Position numbers and translations under genes: made by a program. From Erysipelotrichaceae bacterium (GTDB lineage: Bacteria > Bacillota_I > Bacilli_A > Erysipelotrichales > Erysipelotrichaceae), in the NCBI GenBank assembly GCA_963676105.1, contig OY781039.1, forward strand, positions 210,001 to 242,000: a DNA stretch of 32,000 nucleotides, read 5' to 3'. Below are positions 1 to 8,443 of the stretch, one piece after another; position 1 is the first letter of the stretch, and the number at the start of each line of letters is the position of its first letter. The notes under the pieces were generated by a model that ran no database searches, was not told where the DNA came from, and saw nothing but the letters and a program-made list of their open reading frames with translations.

Positions 1-167
1 ACATTGAGAAAGATGCATTAAAAGATTTAGGGATGAGTCATCTTATTAAAATAACGCCAGATGACATGGATTTAAAGGACGCATTAAAAAACGGAGAAAA
101 AAATCTTGAGAAAAGTGTAGCCATTTATTTAGAGACTATAATAGATGCAGAGGAGTCAAAATTATGA
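1..167 (+). CDS. 3' end of an unidentified gene entering from the left edge (…SVAIYLETIIDAEESKL*)
   Basis: The frame is open from position 3 to a TGA at 165-167. That TGA overlaps the ATG of the next gene (ATGA), which suggests operon coupling. The 54 visible residues contain no recognisable motif. Confidence 0.35.
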   Translation, partial: IEKDALKDLGMSHLIKITPDDMDLKDALKNGEKNLEKSVAIYLETIIDAEESKL

Positions 168-997
168 AAGTGAAAATTACCACACTCATTGAAAACCACG
201 AGGACGATCAGCATCAATTAAAATATGAACATGGTTTATCCATGTTAATTGAAACCAGCCGTCAAAAAATACTTTTTGATACAGGTGTAAGTGGAGATTT
301 TATTGATAATGCGAAGCGTTTAAATGTCGATTTAAGTGATATCGATTACTGTGTCATTTCTCATGGACACTATGATCATGCTGGTGGCTATCGAAAGTAT
401 GTTGAAAATAGTGAAATGCAATGCCCATTATTTGTGGGATCAAAGTTCTTTAATACAAAGTATCGTTTTGAAAAGGGTGAATATAGTATTAATGGAATAG
501 ATTTTGATGAAAAGTTATTGATGGAAAAAGGTGTCCCAATCATAAAAATTAGTGATGACACAACAAATTTTCATCCTTCATTTACGATTTTTAAAAATTT
601 TATTAAATCCAATGACTTTGAAGAAATAGAGAATAGATTCTATTTAAAAGACGGGGATACGTATGTAAAAGACGATTTTAGAGATGAAATTGTTCTTGGG
701 ATAAATACGACTAAAGGAATTATTTTAGTGGTAGGATGTTCACACATCGGTATCGTTAATATTATTGAGTCAATAAAGAAAAGAACTAAATTACCAATTC
801 GAGCAGTTATTGGTGGAACTCATCTAAATAAGGCAGATGATAATCGTATTCAAAAAACAATTGAGTATTTAAAATCTTTGAACTTAGAATTGCTTGCGAC
901 ATCTCATTGTACTGGGGATAAAGCAATGGGGATGTTTAAAGAAGCAATGCCTGAAGTGTTTGAATTAAATAATACAGGACACATTATTGAATTATAA
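164..997 (+). CDS. MBL-fold metallo-hydrolase
   Basis: Contains the HxHxDH metal motif (VISHGHYDHAGG) with later His/Asp/Cys ligand positions (VVGCSHIG, TSHCTG). A GAGGAG RBS lies 7 nt upstream of the ATG. Confidence 0.8.
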   Translation: MKVKITTLIENHEDDQHQLKYEHGLSMLIETSRQKILFDTGVSGDFIDNAKRLNVDLSDIDYCVISHGHYDHAGGYRKYVENSEMQCPLFVGSKFFNTKYRFEKGEYSINGIDFDEKLLMEKGVPIIKISDDTTNFHPSFTIFKNFIKSNDFEEIENRFYLKDGDTYVKDDFRDEIVLGINTTKGIILVVGCSHIGIVNIIESIKKRTKLPIRAVIGGTHLNKADDNRIQKTIEYLKSLNLELLATSHCTGDKAMGMFKEAMPEVFELNNTGHIIEL

Positions 998-1017
998 AAG
1001 CCAGTTTAAGTGGCTTT
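997..1017. terminator. Weak bidirectional hairpin between convergent genes
   Basis: AAAGCCA-gtttaag-TGGCTTT forms a 7-bp stem flanked by A/T runs on both sides. The stop codon of the minus-strand gene sits in the loop. Confidence 0.4.
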
Positions 1018-2106
1018 ATTGTTGAAACGAGATAGAAATTCTGCTCGTGATTTAGTGTTAAGTTTTGCATAAATACTTGAGATATGCTTTTTAACAGTCG
1101 ATTCAGAAATAAAACATTGATCAGATATTTCTGAATTACTTAAGCCATTGAGTAGGAATCTTGCGATTTCATGTTCACGATTAGAGAGTATTTTTAATGC
1201 ATCTGAATTTTTTGAACTAGAGAAAAGAAGCGAATCTAATGTAGTTGTGTTATTGATTAAAACATTTTCTTTAGCTTCCTCAATGAGTGCTTCTGTTTCA
1301 ATATTATTATCTTTTAAATTACTGTATCCAATGTTGAGGGATAATTTTAAGGCTTCATTGTTGTAGTAGTACGTATTTTGACTAGCTTTACGATTAATGG
1401 CTTTCGCAATACTATAAGCTCTTTGTTTATTTGTATTATGTAAAACCATGAAGAAACGTGGACCATTTAGTCGAGTAATAAAATCTTGGTCTGATACAAG
1501 ATAGTTTTGAAGTAAACGTGCTGTTTGAGTAATCATCATATCACCAGCTTTTTGCGAGAACTTATCATTAATTTCAAGTAAGTGATTAATACTGAAATAG
1601 ATTAGGGTTAAAGGATCTTCAGTACTTGCGATACTTTCTTCTAATTTTTTAATACCATGATGATATTTAAATGCACCCGTTAATGAGTCTCTAAGAATTT
1701 CAGTTTGAATTTCGGATATCATGTCGTGGAATGTTCCATCTTTAAAATCATCGATATATAAAGAACCATGATTCGTAATATCTTTAATAAGCTCAATAAT
1801 CATCTTTTTATTTTCATGAATGATTGGTAAAGCAACAAACATATAGGTATGACTATCTGTAAAAACAATCTTAAAGAAAGGTTCATTAGTATTGAATGAC
1901 TCATTTGGAATGACGATATCAAATTCATTTTCTTTAATCCAATGATATGTTTTTTTATCTTGTTCATCAAAAATGGCAGTCGCTTCAAACATCTTGCGAT
2001 CATCAATTAATTTAAGGATGTAATCATTTTGAATGAGAATATCAAAGATTTCTGTTTTTTTCATAAATTGTGCTTGTCTATTTTTATTATATAGGACAGT
2101 TTCCAT
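1006..2106 (-). CDS. Transcriptional regulator: unassigned N-terminal domain + degenerate GGDEF domain + LuxR/GerE-type HTH
   Basis: The C-terminus LSNREHEIARFLLNGLSNSEISDQCFISESTVKKHISSIYAKLN is a LuxR-type HTH. The middle region follows GGDEF landmarks (DSLTG…, NDKFSQKAGD, LSLNIGYS), but the signature reads RLNGPRFFMVL instead of RxGGDEFxxL. No Shine-Dalgarno is evident at either candidate start (M1 or M15), so the start is uncertain. Confidence 0.7.
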   Translation of the reverse strand: METVLYNKNRQAQFMKKTEIFDILIQNDYILKLIDDRKMFEATAIFDEQDKKTYHWIKENEFDIVIPNESFNTNEPFFKIVFTDSHTYMFVALPIIHENKKMIIELIKDITNHGSLYIDDFKDGTFHDMISEIQTEILRDSLTGAFKYHHGIKKLEESIASTEDPLTLIYFSINHLLEINDKFSQKAGDMMITQTARLLQNYLVSDQDFITRLNGPRFFMVLHNTNKQRAYSIAKAINRKASQNTYYYNNEALKLSLNIGYSNLKDNNIETEALIEEAKENVLINNTTTLDSLLFSSSKNSDALKILSNREHEIARFLLNGLSNSEISDQCFISESTVKKHISSIYAKLNTKSRAEFLSRFNNKAT

Positions 2107-2343
2107 TTATCATAACAAATCGCATTAAGTATTTAATTATGCAAATATTTCTAAATACGTTGATATATATAATTATTAATAGATTCCTTTCTAAATTTAT
2201 ACTGACAAATGAACACGCTTTCTTGAAAACATATTTGAATATAAGGGAAAAATGGTAAAAAAAACATGAATTTTCACAAGAAATAATTTGGGTCATAGTG
2301 TACAATAGGGGCGTAAAGAATAAGAACTTTTCTTTACAGTTTA

Positions 2344-2417
2344 GGTTTGTATAATCGCAGCAAGTACACGTGGGCTGCAAGTCTCTACCTCGCTACCATT
2401 AGCGAGACTACTAAACC
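2344..2417 (+). promoter_or_regulatory. Purine riboswitch aptamer, guanine/hypoxanthine class
   Basis: The sequence reads GGUUUGUA-UAAU-CGCAGC…GCUGCAAG-UCUCUACC-UCGCUACCAUUAGCGA-GACUAC-UAAACC. It has the conserved junctions UAUAAU, AAGUxUCUACC and GACUA, a P1 helix (2344-2351 with 2409-2417), and P2 and P3 hairpins. The discriminator is C (GAC-U), which indicates guanine specificity. It lies directly upstream of purE. Confidence 0.85.
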
Positions 2418-2448
2418 ACATGCTTTTCGCATGTGATTTAGCTGTTTT

Positions 2449-2480
2449 AAAGACATCCACGTTATGTCTTTTTTATTTTT
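2449..2480 (+). terminator. Intrinsic terminator of the riboswitch expression platform
   Basis: AAAGACAT-ccacgtt-ATGTCTTT is followed by TTTTATTTTT. It ends 12 nt before the purE RBS (AAGGAGA). Confidence 0.75.
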
Positions 2481-2492
2481 AAGGAGAAAGCT

Positions 2493-2978
2493 ATGTCAGA
2501 TAAGCGAATTTCCATTGTGATGGGATCTAACTCGGATTTTAAAACCATTAAAGAAGCTCTACCACTCTTAGAGAAATTTAATGTCACTTATGAAACAAAG
2601 GTTGTTAGCGCACATCGTACTCCAGAGAAAATGGTTGACTATGCTAAGACAGCTCGTGATGAAGGAATCGAAGTCATTATTGCGGCTGCCGGTGGTGCAG
2701 CACATCTTCCTGGTATGATTGCATCATTAACCACACTTCCAGTCATCGGTGTCCCAATTCAAAGTAAGGCACTAAATGGAATGGATAGTTTATTATCCAT
2801 TGTGCAAATGCCTGCAGGTGTTCCAGTAATGACAACCGCAATTGGAGTTGCTGGTGCTAAAAACGCTGTTTTATCGGCCATACGTATTTTAAGTGTAAGT
2901 GATAAAGACTTAGCACAAAAACTTAAAGATTATCAACTTGAACTCATTGAAGCTGTCGAAGCTATGGAGCTTGTATGA
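2493..2978 (+). CDS. purE: N5-carboxyaminoimidazole ribonucleotide mutase
   Basis: Contains the [15 protein letters not shown] motif. At 161 aa it fits class I PurE, consistent with the adjacent purK. Strong RBS. Confidence 0.95.
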   Translation: MSDKRISIVMGSNSDFKTIKEALPLLEKFNVTYETKVVSAHRTPEKMVDYAKTARDEGIEVIIAAAGGAAHLPGMIASLTTLPVIGVPIQSKALNGMDSLLSIVQMPAGVPVMTTAIGVAGAKNAVLSAIRILSVSDKDLAQKLKDYQLELIEAVEAMELV

Positions 2979-4066
2979 GTCAGAGTTTAAATTATATAAA
3001 AATCGGAATTATTGGAGGCGGACAATTAGGCCAAATGATGGCAATGTCGGCAATAGAAATGGGATTTGAAGTCATAGTACTGGATCCTGATTCTTCGTGT
3101 CCCGCTAAAAAAGTCGCATCCCATTTTATTAGTGCACCCTATAACGACATTGTTGCCTTAAGTCGACTCAATGATATGTGTGATGTGATCACCTATGAAT
3201 TTGAAAATGTTCCAATCAAAACTTTACAAGAGAATATTAGTCTATCTAAATGTCCTCAAGGTTTTAAAGCCCTTGAAATATCACAAGATAGATTGTTAGA
3301 AAAACAATTTGCTCAATCGCTTGATATCCCAACGGTTGATTTTTTCGTTATAAATACCATTGAAGAATTAAATGCTATCAAAGACAAAGAAAACTATTTA
3401 CTCAAAACACGTCGTTTAGGTTATGACGGTAAGGGTCAATTGGATTTAGCTAAAGAAGATGAACTTACATTAAATAATGAAAGTGGCTATATTGCGGAAA
3501 AGAAATGTCGTTTTGACTCAGAAATTTCCATTGCGATAACCCGATTTAATAATGGAAGTACTTTCTTTCCAGCAAGTCAAAATACACATAAAGGTGGTAT
3601 TTTACGATACTCAATATCCCCATCAAATATTAATGAGACCCTCATAAAACAAGCTCAAGATTATACCTTAAAACTCGTTGAAGCTTTAGATTATGTAGGT
3701 GTCTTTGTGGTTGAATACTTTGTTGAAGGGAATAAACTCTACTTTAATGAGTTTGCACCACGTCCACATAATTCATTCCATGCGAGTATTGAAGGTTGTG
3801 AGTTTTCACAATTTGATACTCATATAAAAGCGATTACTCGTCAGGCTAAAGTTGAACCACGACTTATGAGTCCAACTTTGATGGTTAATATTTTAGGTGA
3901 TAATTTTGAAAAATCACTGTCGTATCAAAATCAACAAGAAGAAAGTGCCCATGTTCATATCTATGGCAAAAAAGAATTAAGGATTGGTCGTAAGATGGGT
4001 CATATGACCTATTGTGTGGATGATCCAAAAAGCAGTATTGAAAAATGGGAGGACAAGTTATGTTAG
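2975..4066 (+). CDS. purK: N5-carboxyaminoimidazole ribonucleotide synthase (ATP-grasp)
   Basis: N-terminal [13 protein letters not shown] with an ATP-grasp body. Its start forms an ATGA overlap with the purE stop. Confidence 0.9.
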   Translation: MSQSLNYIKIGIIGGGQLGQMMAMSAIEMGFEVIVLDPDSSCPAKKVASHFISAPYNDIVALSRLNDMCDVITYEFENVPIKTLQENISLSKCPQGFKALEISQDRLLEKQFAQSLDIPTVDFFVINTIEELNAIKDKENYLLKTRRLGYDGKGQLDLAKEDELTLNNESGYIAEKKCRFDSEISIAITRFNNGSTFFPASQNTHKGGILRYSISPSNINETLIKQAQDYTLKLVEALDYVGVFVVEYFVEGNKLYFNEFAPRPHNSFHASIEGCEFSQFDTHIKAITRQAKVEPRLMSPTLMVNILGDNFEKSLSYQNQQEESAHVHIYGKKELRIGRKMGHMTYCVDDPKSSIEKWEDKLC

Positions 4067-7000
4067 TGTTTGTTGAAAAGAAAAATGGCTTTAATCAAGA
4101 GGCTTTAAGTTTAGAAAAACAATGCAAAGAACTCTTAGGACTTAATGTAAGATTAAGGTTACTCAATGGCTATGATGTTCATCAAGCAAGCGATGAGGAA
4201 ATGGCTGCCGCAAAAGCAAGCATTTTTAGTGAACCACAAGTCGATGATATCTATGATGTTTGTCCAACAACATCAGGAACCATGCTTCAAAAAGAACCAC
4301 TCCCTGGTCAGTATGATCAACGTGCTGATAGCGCTAATCAATGTATGCGATTACTCAAAACAGATAGTGAAGCGATGGTTACGAGTTTCCAAGTTGTTTT
4401 GTTTGATCGTGAATTAAATGAAGAAGAAAAAGAAAAATTCTTACATTTCTGGATTAATCCAGTTGAATCACGTGAAAAGATCGATGATCAAGAAGACGAA
4501 GAAATAACAGTTTTAAGAGGCGAACTCGAAAACTTCTTAAATTGGTCTGAAAAAGAATGTAAGGACTTTATAAAAGTCGAAGGGGCTGCGATGAACATTG
4601 AAGACTTCATGTTTATTCAAAGCTATTTCAAAGAAAACTTAAATCGTAATATTCGTTATACAGAATTTAAAGTCTTAGATACCTATTGGTCAGATCATTG
4701 TCGTCATACAACCTTTGAAACTGAACTTGAGAGCATTCAAGTTAATGATGGGCCTTTAAAAGCGCCTGTTGAAAAACAATTAGCCTCTTTTAAACAAATG
4801 AGAGCTGATTTAAAACGTGAGAAAAAACCAATCACGCTCATGGAAATGGCAACCATTAATGCGCGTCATATCAATGATAGCCGCGTAGAAGATACCGATG
4901 AAATCAATGCATGTTCAATCGAGGTTGATATTGATTTTGATGGTGAAAATGAAAAGACTTTACTCATGTTTAAAAATGAGACTCATAATCATCCTACTGA
5001 GATAGAACCATTTGGTGGGGCAAGTACCTGTATTGGTGGTGCTATTCGTGACCCTCTCAGTGGACGTAGTTTTGTCTATCAAGCGATGCGTCTATCCGCA
5101 TGTGGTGATGTTACTCAAAAATTAGAAGATACTTTAGAAAATAAATTACCGCAAAGAATTATTGCGCAAAAAGCGACCCAAGGATATTCATCTTATGGGA
5201 ATCAAATTGGTTTAGCTACTACTTATGTTAAAGAACTTTATCATGATTCTTATGCCGCAAAACATTTTGAATGTGGCGCAGTTGTTGGATCAGTTATTAA
5301 AGATCAAGTCACACGTCTTCAACCTGAAGTAGGTGATGTCATTCTTCTAATAGGTGGACGTACAGGTCGTGATGGGATTGGTGGGGCAACAGGTTCGTCC
5401 AAATCACATACCAATAAATCACTTCATCAATCAGGATCAGAAGTACAAAAAGGGAATGCACCTGAAGAGCGTAAACTACAACGTTACTTTGGACATCCTG
5501 AAGTATCTAAAAAGATTAAAAAGTCTAATGACTTTGGGGCTGGTGGTGTATCTGTTGCGATTGGTGAATTGGCTGATTGTGTCATTGATTTAGATCGTGT
5601 CCCAACAAAATATAAAGGTTTAAATGCCTTAGAACTTGCGATTTCAGAATCACAAGAGCGTATGGCAGTGGTCGTTGATGCGGCTGATGTTGAATTTATG
5701 TTGGAAGAAGCACGTAAAGAAAATGTTGAAGCAAGTATTGTTGCCTCTGTTAAACAAGATGGCAAACTTATTATGCGCTATAAAAATGAAGTGGTCGTAG
5801 ATTTACCTCGTGACTTAATTGATAGTGCTGGGGTTCGACAAAAAGTTCAAGTTGAATGTGATACTGATTTACATAGTGAACTTAAAGCTGAAACGTTTAC
5901 TAAAAAAGCATTTATTGAAAAATGTTCTGATATCAATGTTGGATCACAACGTGGTCTTATTGATCAATTTGATGCGTCCATTGGCGCAACAACGCTTCAC
6001 TTCCCATTTGGAGGTAAATATTTATCTACGCCATCCAATACATCTCTTCAAAAGATTTATCATCCAAGTAAAGAGAGTGAAAGTGCAAGTGTACTAAGTT
6101 ATGGTTTTATTCCACATCTCAGTGAAATTAACCCTTATATTTCAGCTCAAGCTGCTGTTTTAGAAAGTATTGCGAAAGTTATCTCTATTGGTGGCTCATA
6201 TGAAGACATCTTCTTCTCTTTTCAAGAGTACTTTCCACGTTTAAATAAAGATTCCAAAAAATGGGGTCAGGTGGTTTTAGCTTTAATGGGTGCTCACTCA
6301 GTTCAAGATGGCTTTAAGCGACCTGCAATTGGTGGTAAAGACAGTATGTCTGGAACATTCAATGATATTGATGTCGTGGAAACACTCGTATCCTTTGCCT
6401 TTAGTTACTTACCAATTTCAAAAGTTATTGATAATGTCGCAAAAAATGTGGGTTCAAAATTGTATCTTGTTGAAGCATCTAAAAATGACGATGGTTCATA
6501 TCATGTTGAAGAAACTAAAGAGAGATACAAAACCGTTCAAGAACTTATTCATGGACAACATGTCCAATCTGTTCATATGGCAAGTAAAGGTTTAGCTGTG
6601 AGTGTGGCAGAAATGTGTTTTGGGAATAAACTTGGCGCAAATATAAATACGGATTTAGATGTTTTAATTGATCGTCCAGCTAGTTTAATGCTTGAATCTA
6701 AAGAAGTCCTCATCATGGATGGCTTAGTTGAGATTGGAACTTTAAGTGATAAAGATTTCAACATCAATGGTGAATTCATTGAACTTGAAGAAATCTATGA
6801 ATCTTATGATCGAGCCCTTGATTTCCTTTATCCTCGATATCACAGTGAAGAGACAAAAGTTGTTGAAACACTAAATACAGATAAAACCTATCGTAAATAT
6901 GAAGGTCCAGTGGTTGAAGTCGTTAATGTGGTTATTCCAGTTTTTCCTGGAACAAACTGTGAATATGATACGCAAAAATCATTTATCAAAGCCGGAGCCC

Positions 7001-7719
7001 ATGTTAAACAAGTCCTTATAAATAATTTAGATGCGAAAGGTTTAGAAGAATCACTTGAAACCCTCGCAAAAACAATTGAATCATCACAAATTCTTGCCTT
7101 AGCTGGTGGCTTCTCAAGTGGGGATGAACCAGATGGAAGTGCGAAATTTATTATTAATGTATTAAAGAATGAGCGTATTAAAAAAGCGATTGAGGATTTA
7201 AGAAGACGTGATGGTTTAATTATTGGCATCTGTAATGGTTTCCAAGCTTTGGTTAAATCGGGTTACTTACCTTATGGAGAGAGTGTTGATGTGACTGATA
7301 CAGATGCGACACTTGCCCATAATAAGATTCATCGTCATATCTCTACGATGGTTCAAATTCGTCAAAGTACAAATGCTTCACCGTGGTTAAATAACTCAAA
7401 TCTAGGTCAAACTCATTTAGTGCCTGTATCTCATGGTGAAGGAAGATTAATCTTATCAAAAGATGCTTATGAACGTTTAAAAGCTAAAGGTCAAATTGCT
7501 TATCAATATGTCGATGATTCACATCAAGCTACAATGGATCCACAATTCAATGTGAACGGATCTGATTATGCGATTGAAGCACTGATTTCTGAAGATGGAC
7601 GTATCTTAGGTAAGATGGGACATACAGAGCGTTTAGCTAAGCATTGTTTTATGAATTCAATTGACGCGTCAATGAACACTTTATTTGAAAATGGTGTTAA
7701 CTACTTTAAGGAGGACTAA
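4060..7719 (+). CDS. purL: Phosphoribosylformylglycinamidine synthase, single-chain (PurS/PurL/PurQ functions fused)
   Basis: About 1219 aa. The central region is a duplicated AIR-synthase-like fold. The C-terminal glutaminase domain has the nucleophile motif GICNGFQAL and His in VSHGEGR. I prefer the ATG at 4060 (GGGAGGA RBS at 4047-4053) to the track start at 4045. Confidence 0.9.
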   Translation: MLVFVEKKNGFNQEALSLEKQCKELLGLNVRLRLLNGYDVHQASDEEMAAAKASIFSEPQVDDIYDVCPTTSGTMLQKEPLPGQYDQRADSANQCMRLLKTDSEAMVTSFQVVLFDRELNEEEKEKFLHFWINPVESREKIDDQEDEEITVLRGELENFLNWSEKECKDFIKVEGAAMNIEDFMFIQSYFKENLNRNIRYTEFKVLDTYWSDHCRHTTFETELESIQVNDGPLKAPVEKQLASFKQMRADLKREKKPITLMEMATINARHINDSRVEDTDEINACSIEVDIDFDGENEKTLLMFKNETHNHPTEIEPFGGASTCIGGAIRDPLSGRSFVYQAMRLSACGDVTQKLEDTLENKLPQRIIAQKATQGYSSYGNQIGLATTYVKELYHDSYAAKHFECGAVVGSVIKDQVTRLQPEVGDVILLIGGRTGRDGIGGATGSSKSHTNKSLHQSGSEVQKGNAPEERKLQRYFGHPEVSKKIKKSNDFGAGGVSVAIGELADCVIDLDRVPTKYKGLNALELAISESQERMAVVVDAADVEFMLEEARKENVEASIVASVKQDGKLIMRYKNEVVVDLPRDLIDSAGVRQKVQVECDTDLHSELKAETFTKKAFIEKCSDINVGSQRGLIDQFDASIGATTLHFPFGGKYLSTPSNTSLQKIYHPSKESESASVLSYGFIPHLSEINPYISAQAAVLESIAKVISIGGSYEDIFFSFQEYFPRLNKDSKKWGQVVLALMGAHSVQDGFKRPAIGGKDSMSGTFNDIDVVETLVSFAFSYLPISKVIDNVAKNVGSKLYLVEASKNDDGSYHVEETKERYKTVQELIHGQHVQSVHMASKGLAVSVAEMCFGNKLGANINTDLDVLIDRPASLMLESKEVLIMDGLVEIGTLSDKDFNINGEFIELEEIYESYDRALDFLYPRYHSEETKVVETLNTDKTYRKYEGPVVEVVNVVIPVFPGTNCEYDTQKSFIKAGAHVKQVLINNLDAKGLEESLETLAKTIESSQILALAGGFSSGDEPDGSAKFIINVLKNERIKKAIEDLRRRDGLIIGICNGFQALVKSGYLPYGESVDVTDTDATLAHNKIHRHISTMVQIRQSTNASPWLNNSNLGQTHLVPVSHGEGRLILSKDAYERLKAKGQIAYQYVDDSHQATMDPQFNVNGSDYAIEALISEDGRILGKMGHTERLAKHCFMNSIDASMNTLFENGVNYFKED

Positions 7720-7723
7720 GGTC

Positions 7724-8443
7724 ATGGAAAAAGGTAAACAAATTTACGAAGGAAAAGCGAAAGTTTTATTTGAAACAGAGGATCCTAATCAAATTATTAT
7801 CCACTTTAAAGATGATGCGACTGCGTTTAATGGTGTTAAGAAATCATCTATTCAAAATAAAGGTGTTTTAAATACCGCAATCACAACCTATATTTATAAC
7901 TATTTAAAGAAACAATGGATTCCAACTCACTTTATTAAAAATCTAAGTGATACTGATCAACTATGTGAAAAAGTAGAAATCATTCCACTTGAGGTTATCG
8001 TGCGTAACGTTGTGGCAGGTTCACTTTCTAAACGTCTTCAAATTGAAGAAGGGACTAAGATTGATAAACCTATTTTTGAACTCTGTTATAAAAATGATGA
8101 ACTCGGTGATCCAATGATTAATGATGATCATGCATTAGCTATGAAACTTTGTACTGAAGAAGAGTTAGAAACCATTCGTGAGTTAACCATGAAAATTAAT
8201 AAAGCCCTACAAGACTTATTCGATAAGATGAACATTGTTTTAGTAGACTTTAAAATTGAATTTGGGCGTACACCAAATGGTAATGTGATTCTAGCGGATG
8301 AAATTTCCCCTGATACCTGTCGTTTATGGGATAAAGACACAATGCAGAAATTAGATAAAGATCGTTTTAGAAGAGACTTAGGTAAAGTTGAAGATGCTTA
8401 CCAAGAAATTCTTAAACGTCTTAAAGAGGTATTAGATGACTAA
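7724..8443 (+). CDS. purC: SAICAR synthetase
   Basis: N-terminus reads MEKGKQIYEGKAKVLFET. An AAGGAGGA RBS lies upstream of the ATG at 7724. The track start at 7685 is a TTG inside purL. Confidence 0.92.
   Translation: MEKGKQIYEGKAKVLFETEDPNQIIIHFKDDATAFNGVKKSSIQNKGVLNTAITTYIYNYLKKQWIPTHFIKNLSDTDQLCEKVEIIPLEVIVRNVVAGSLSKRLQIEEGTKIDKPIFELCYKNDELGDPMINDDHALAMKLCTEEELETIRELTMKINKALQDLFDKMNIVLVDFKIEFGRTPNGNVILADEISPDTCRLWDKDTMQKLDKDRFRRDLGKVEDAYQEILKRLKEVLDD

Noticed and set aside
1148-1366. Antisense or shadow ORFs in the track. Examples: 1148-1366, 1800-2006, 4166-4417, 5354-5593, 5484-5765, 5819-6097, 6290-6595, 6573-6779, 6888-7229, 8128-8340, 11316-11603, 11770-11976, 12023-12310, 12965-13204, 13691-13882, 17258-17575, 17771-17968, 18433-18690, 19099-19290, 19409-19615, 20098-20328, 20654-20890, 21506-21712, 22362-22826, 24569-24790, 25384-25602, 26232-26558, 27665-27859 and 28862-29077.
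   Set aside because: Each lies wholly inside, or opposite, a longer gene with clear family motifs. They have low-complexity or compositionally odd translations and no RBS. Such ORFs are expected by chance in AT-rich DNA, which is poor in stop codons on the opposite strand.
2207-2218. Possible PurR PurBox (AAATGAACACGC) upstream of the pur promoter
   Set aside because: Only the GAAC core matches the AWWWCCGAACWWT-type consensus. I found no second inverted copy. The riboswitch already explains purine control.
2070-2380. ORFs 2070-2258 (+) and 2087-2380 (-) in the region upstream of the pur operon
   Set aside because: They sit in the AT-rich divergent control region, and the minus-strand one starts at a TTG inside the riboswitch aptamer. 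Their peptides are Ile/Leu/Phe/Asn-rich, as expected for translated AT-rich non-coding DNA, and they have no RBS.
4045-4059. N-terminal extensions given by the ORF track for purL (4045), purC (7685), purH (11425), the ldh-like gene (14260), pyrR (18767), the ABC ATPase (21306), MATE (26140), rpiR (27538), M23 (28073) and CDF (29223)
   Set aside because: The extensions start at TTG or GTG codons, or at ATGs buried in the preceding gene or in a terminator hairpin. Downstream ATGs have proper RBS spacing and give N-termini typical of each family. The CDF and rpiR starts remain genuinely uncertain.
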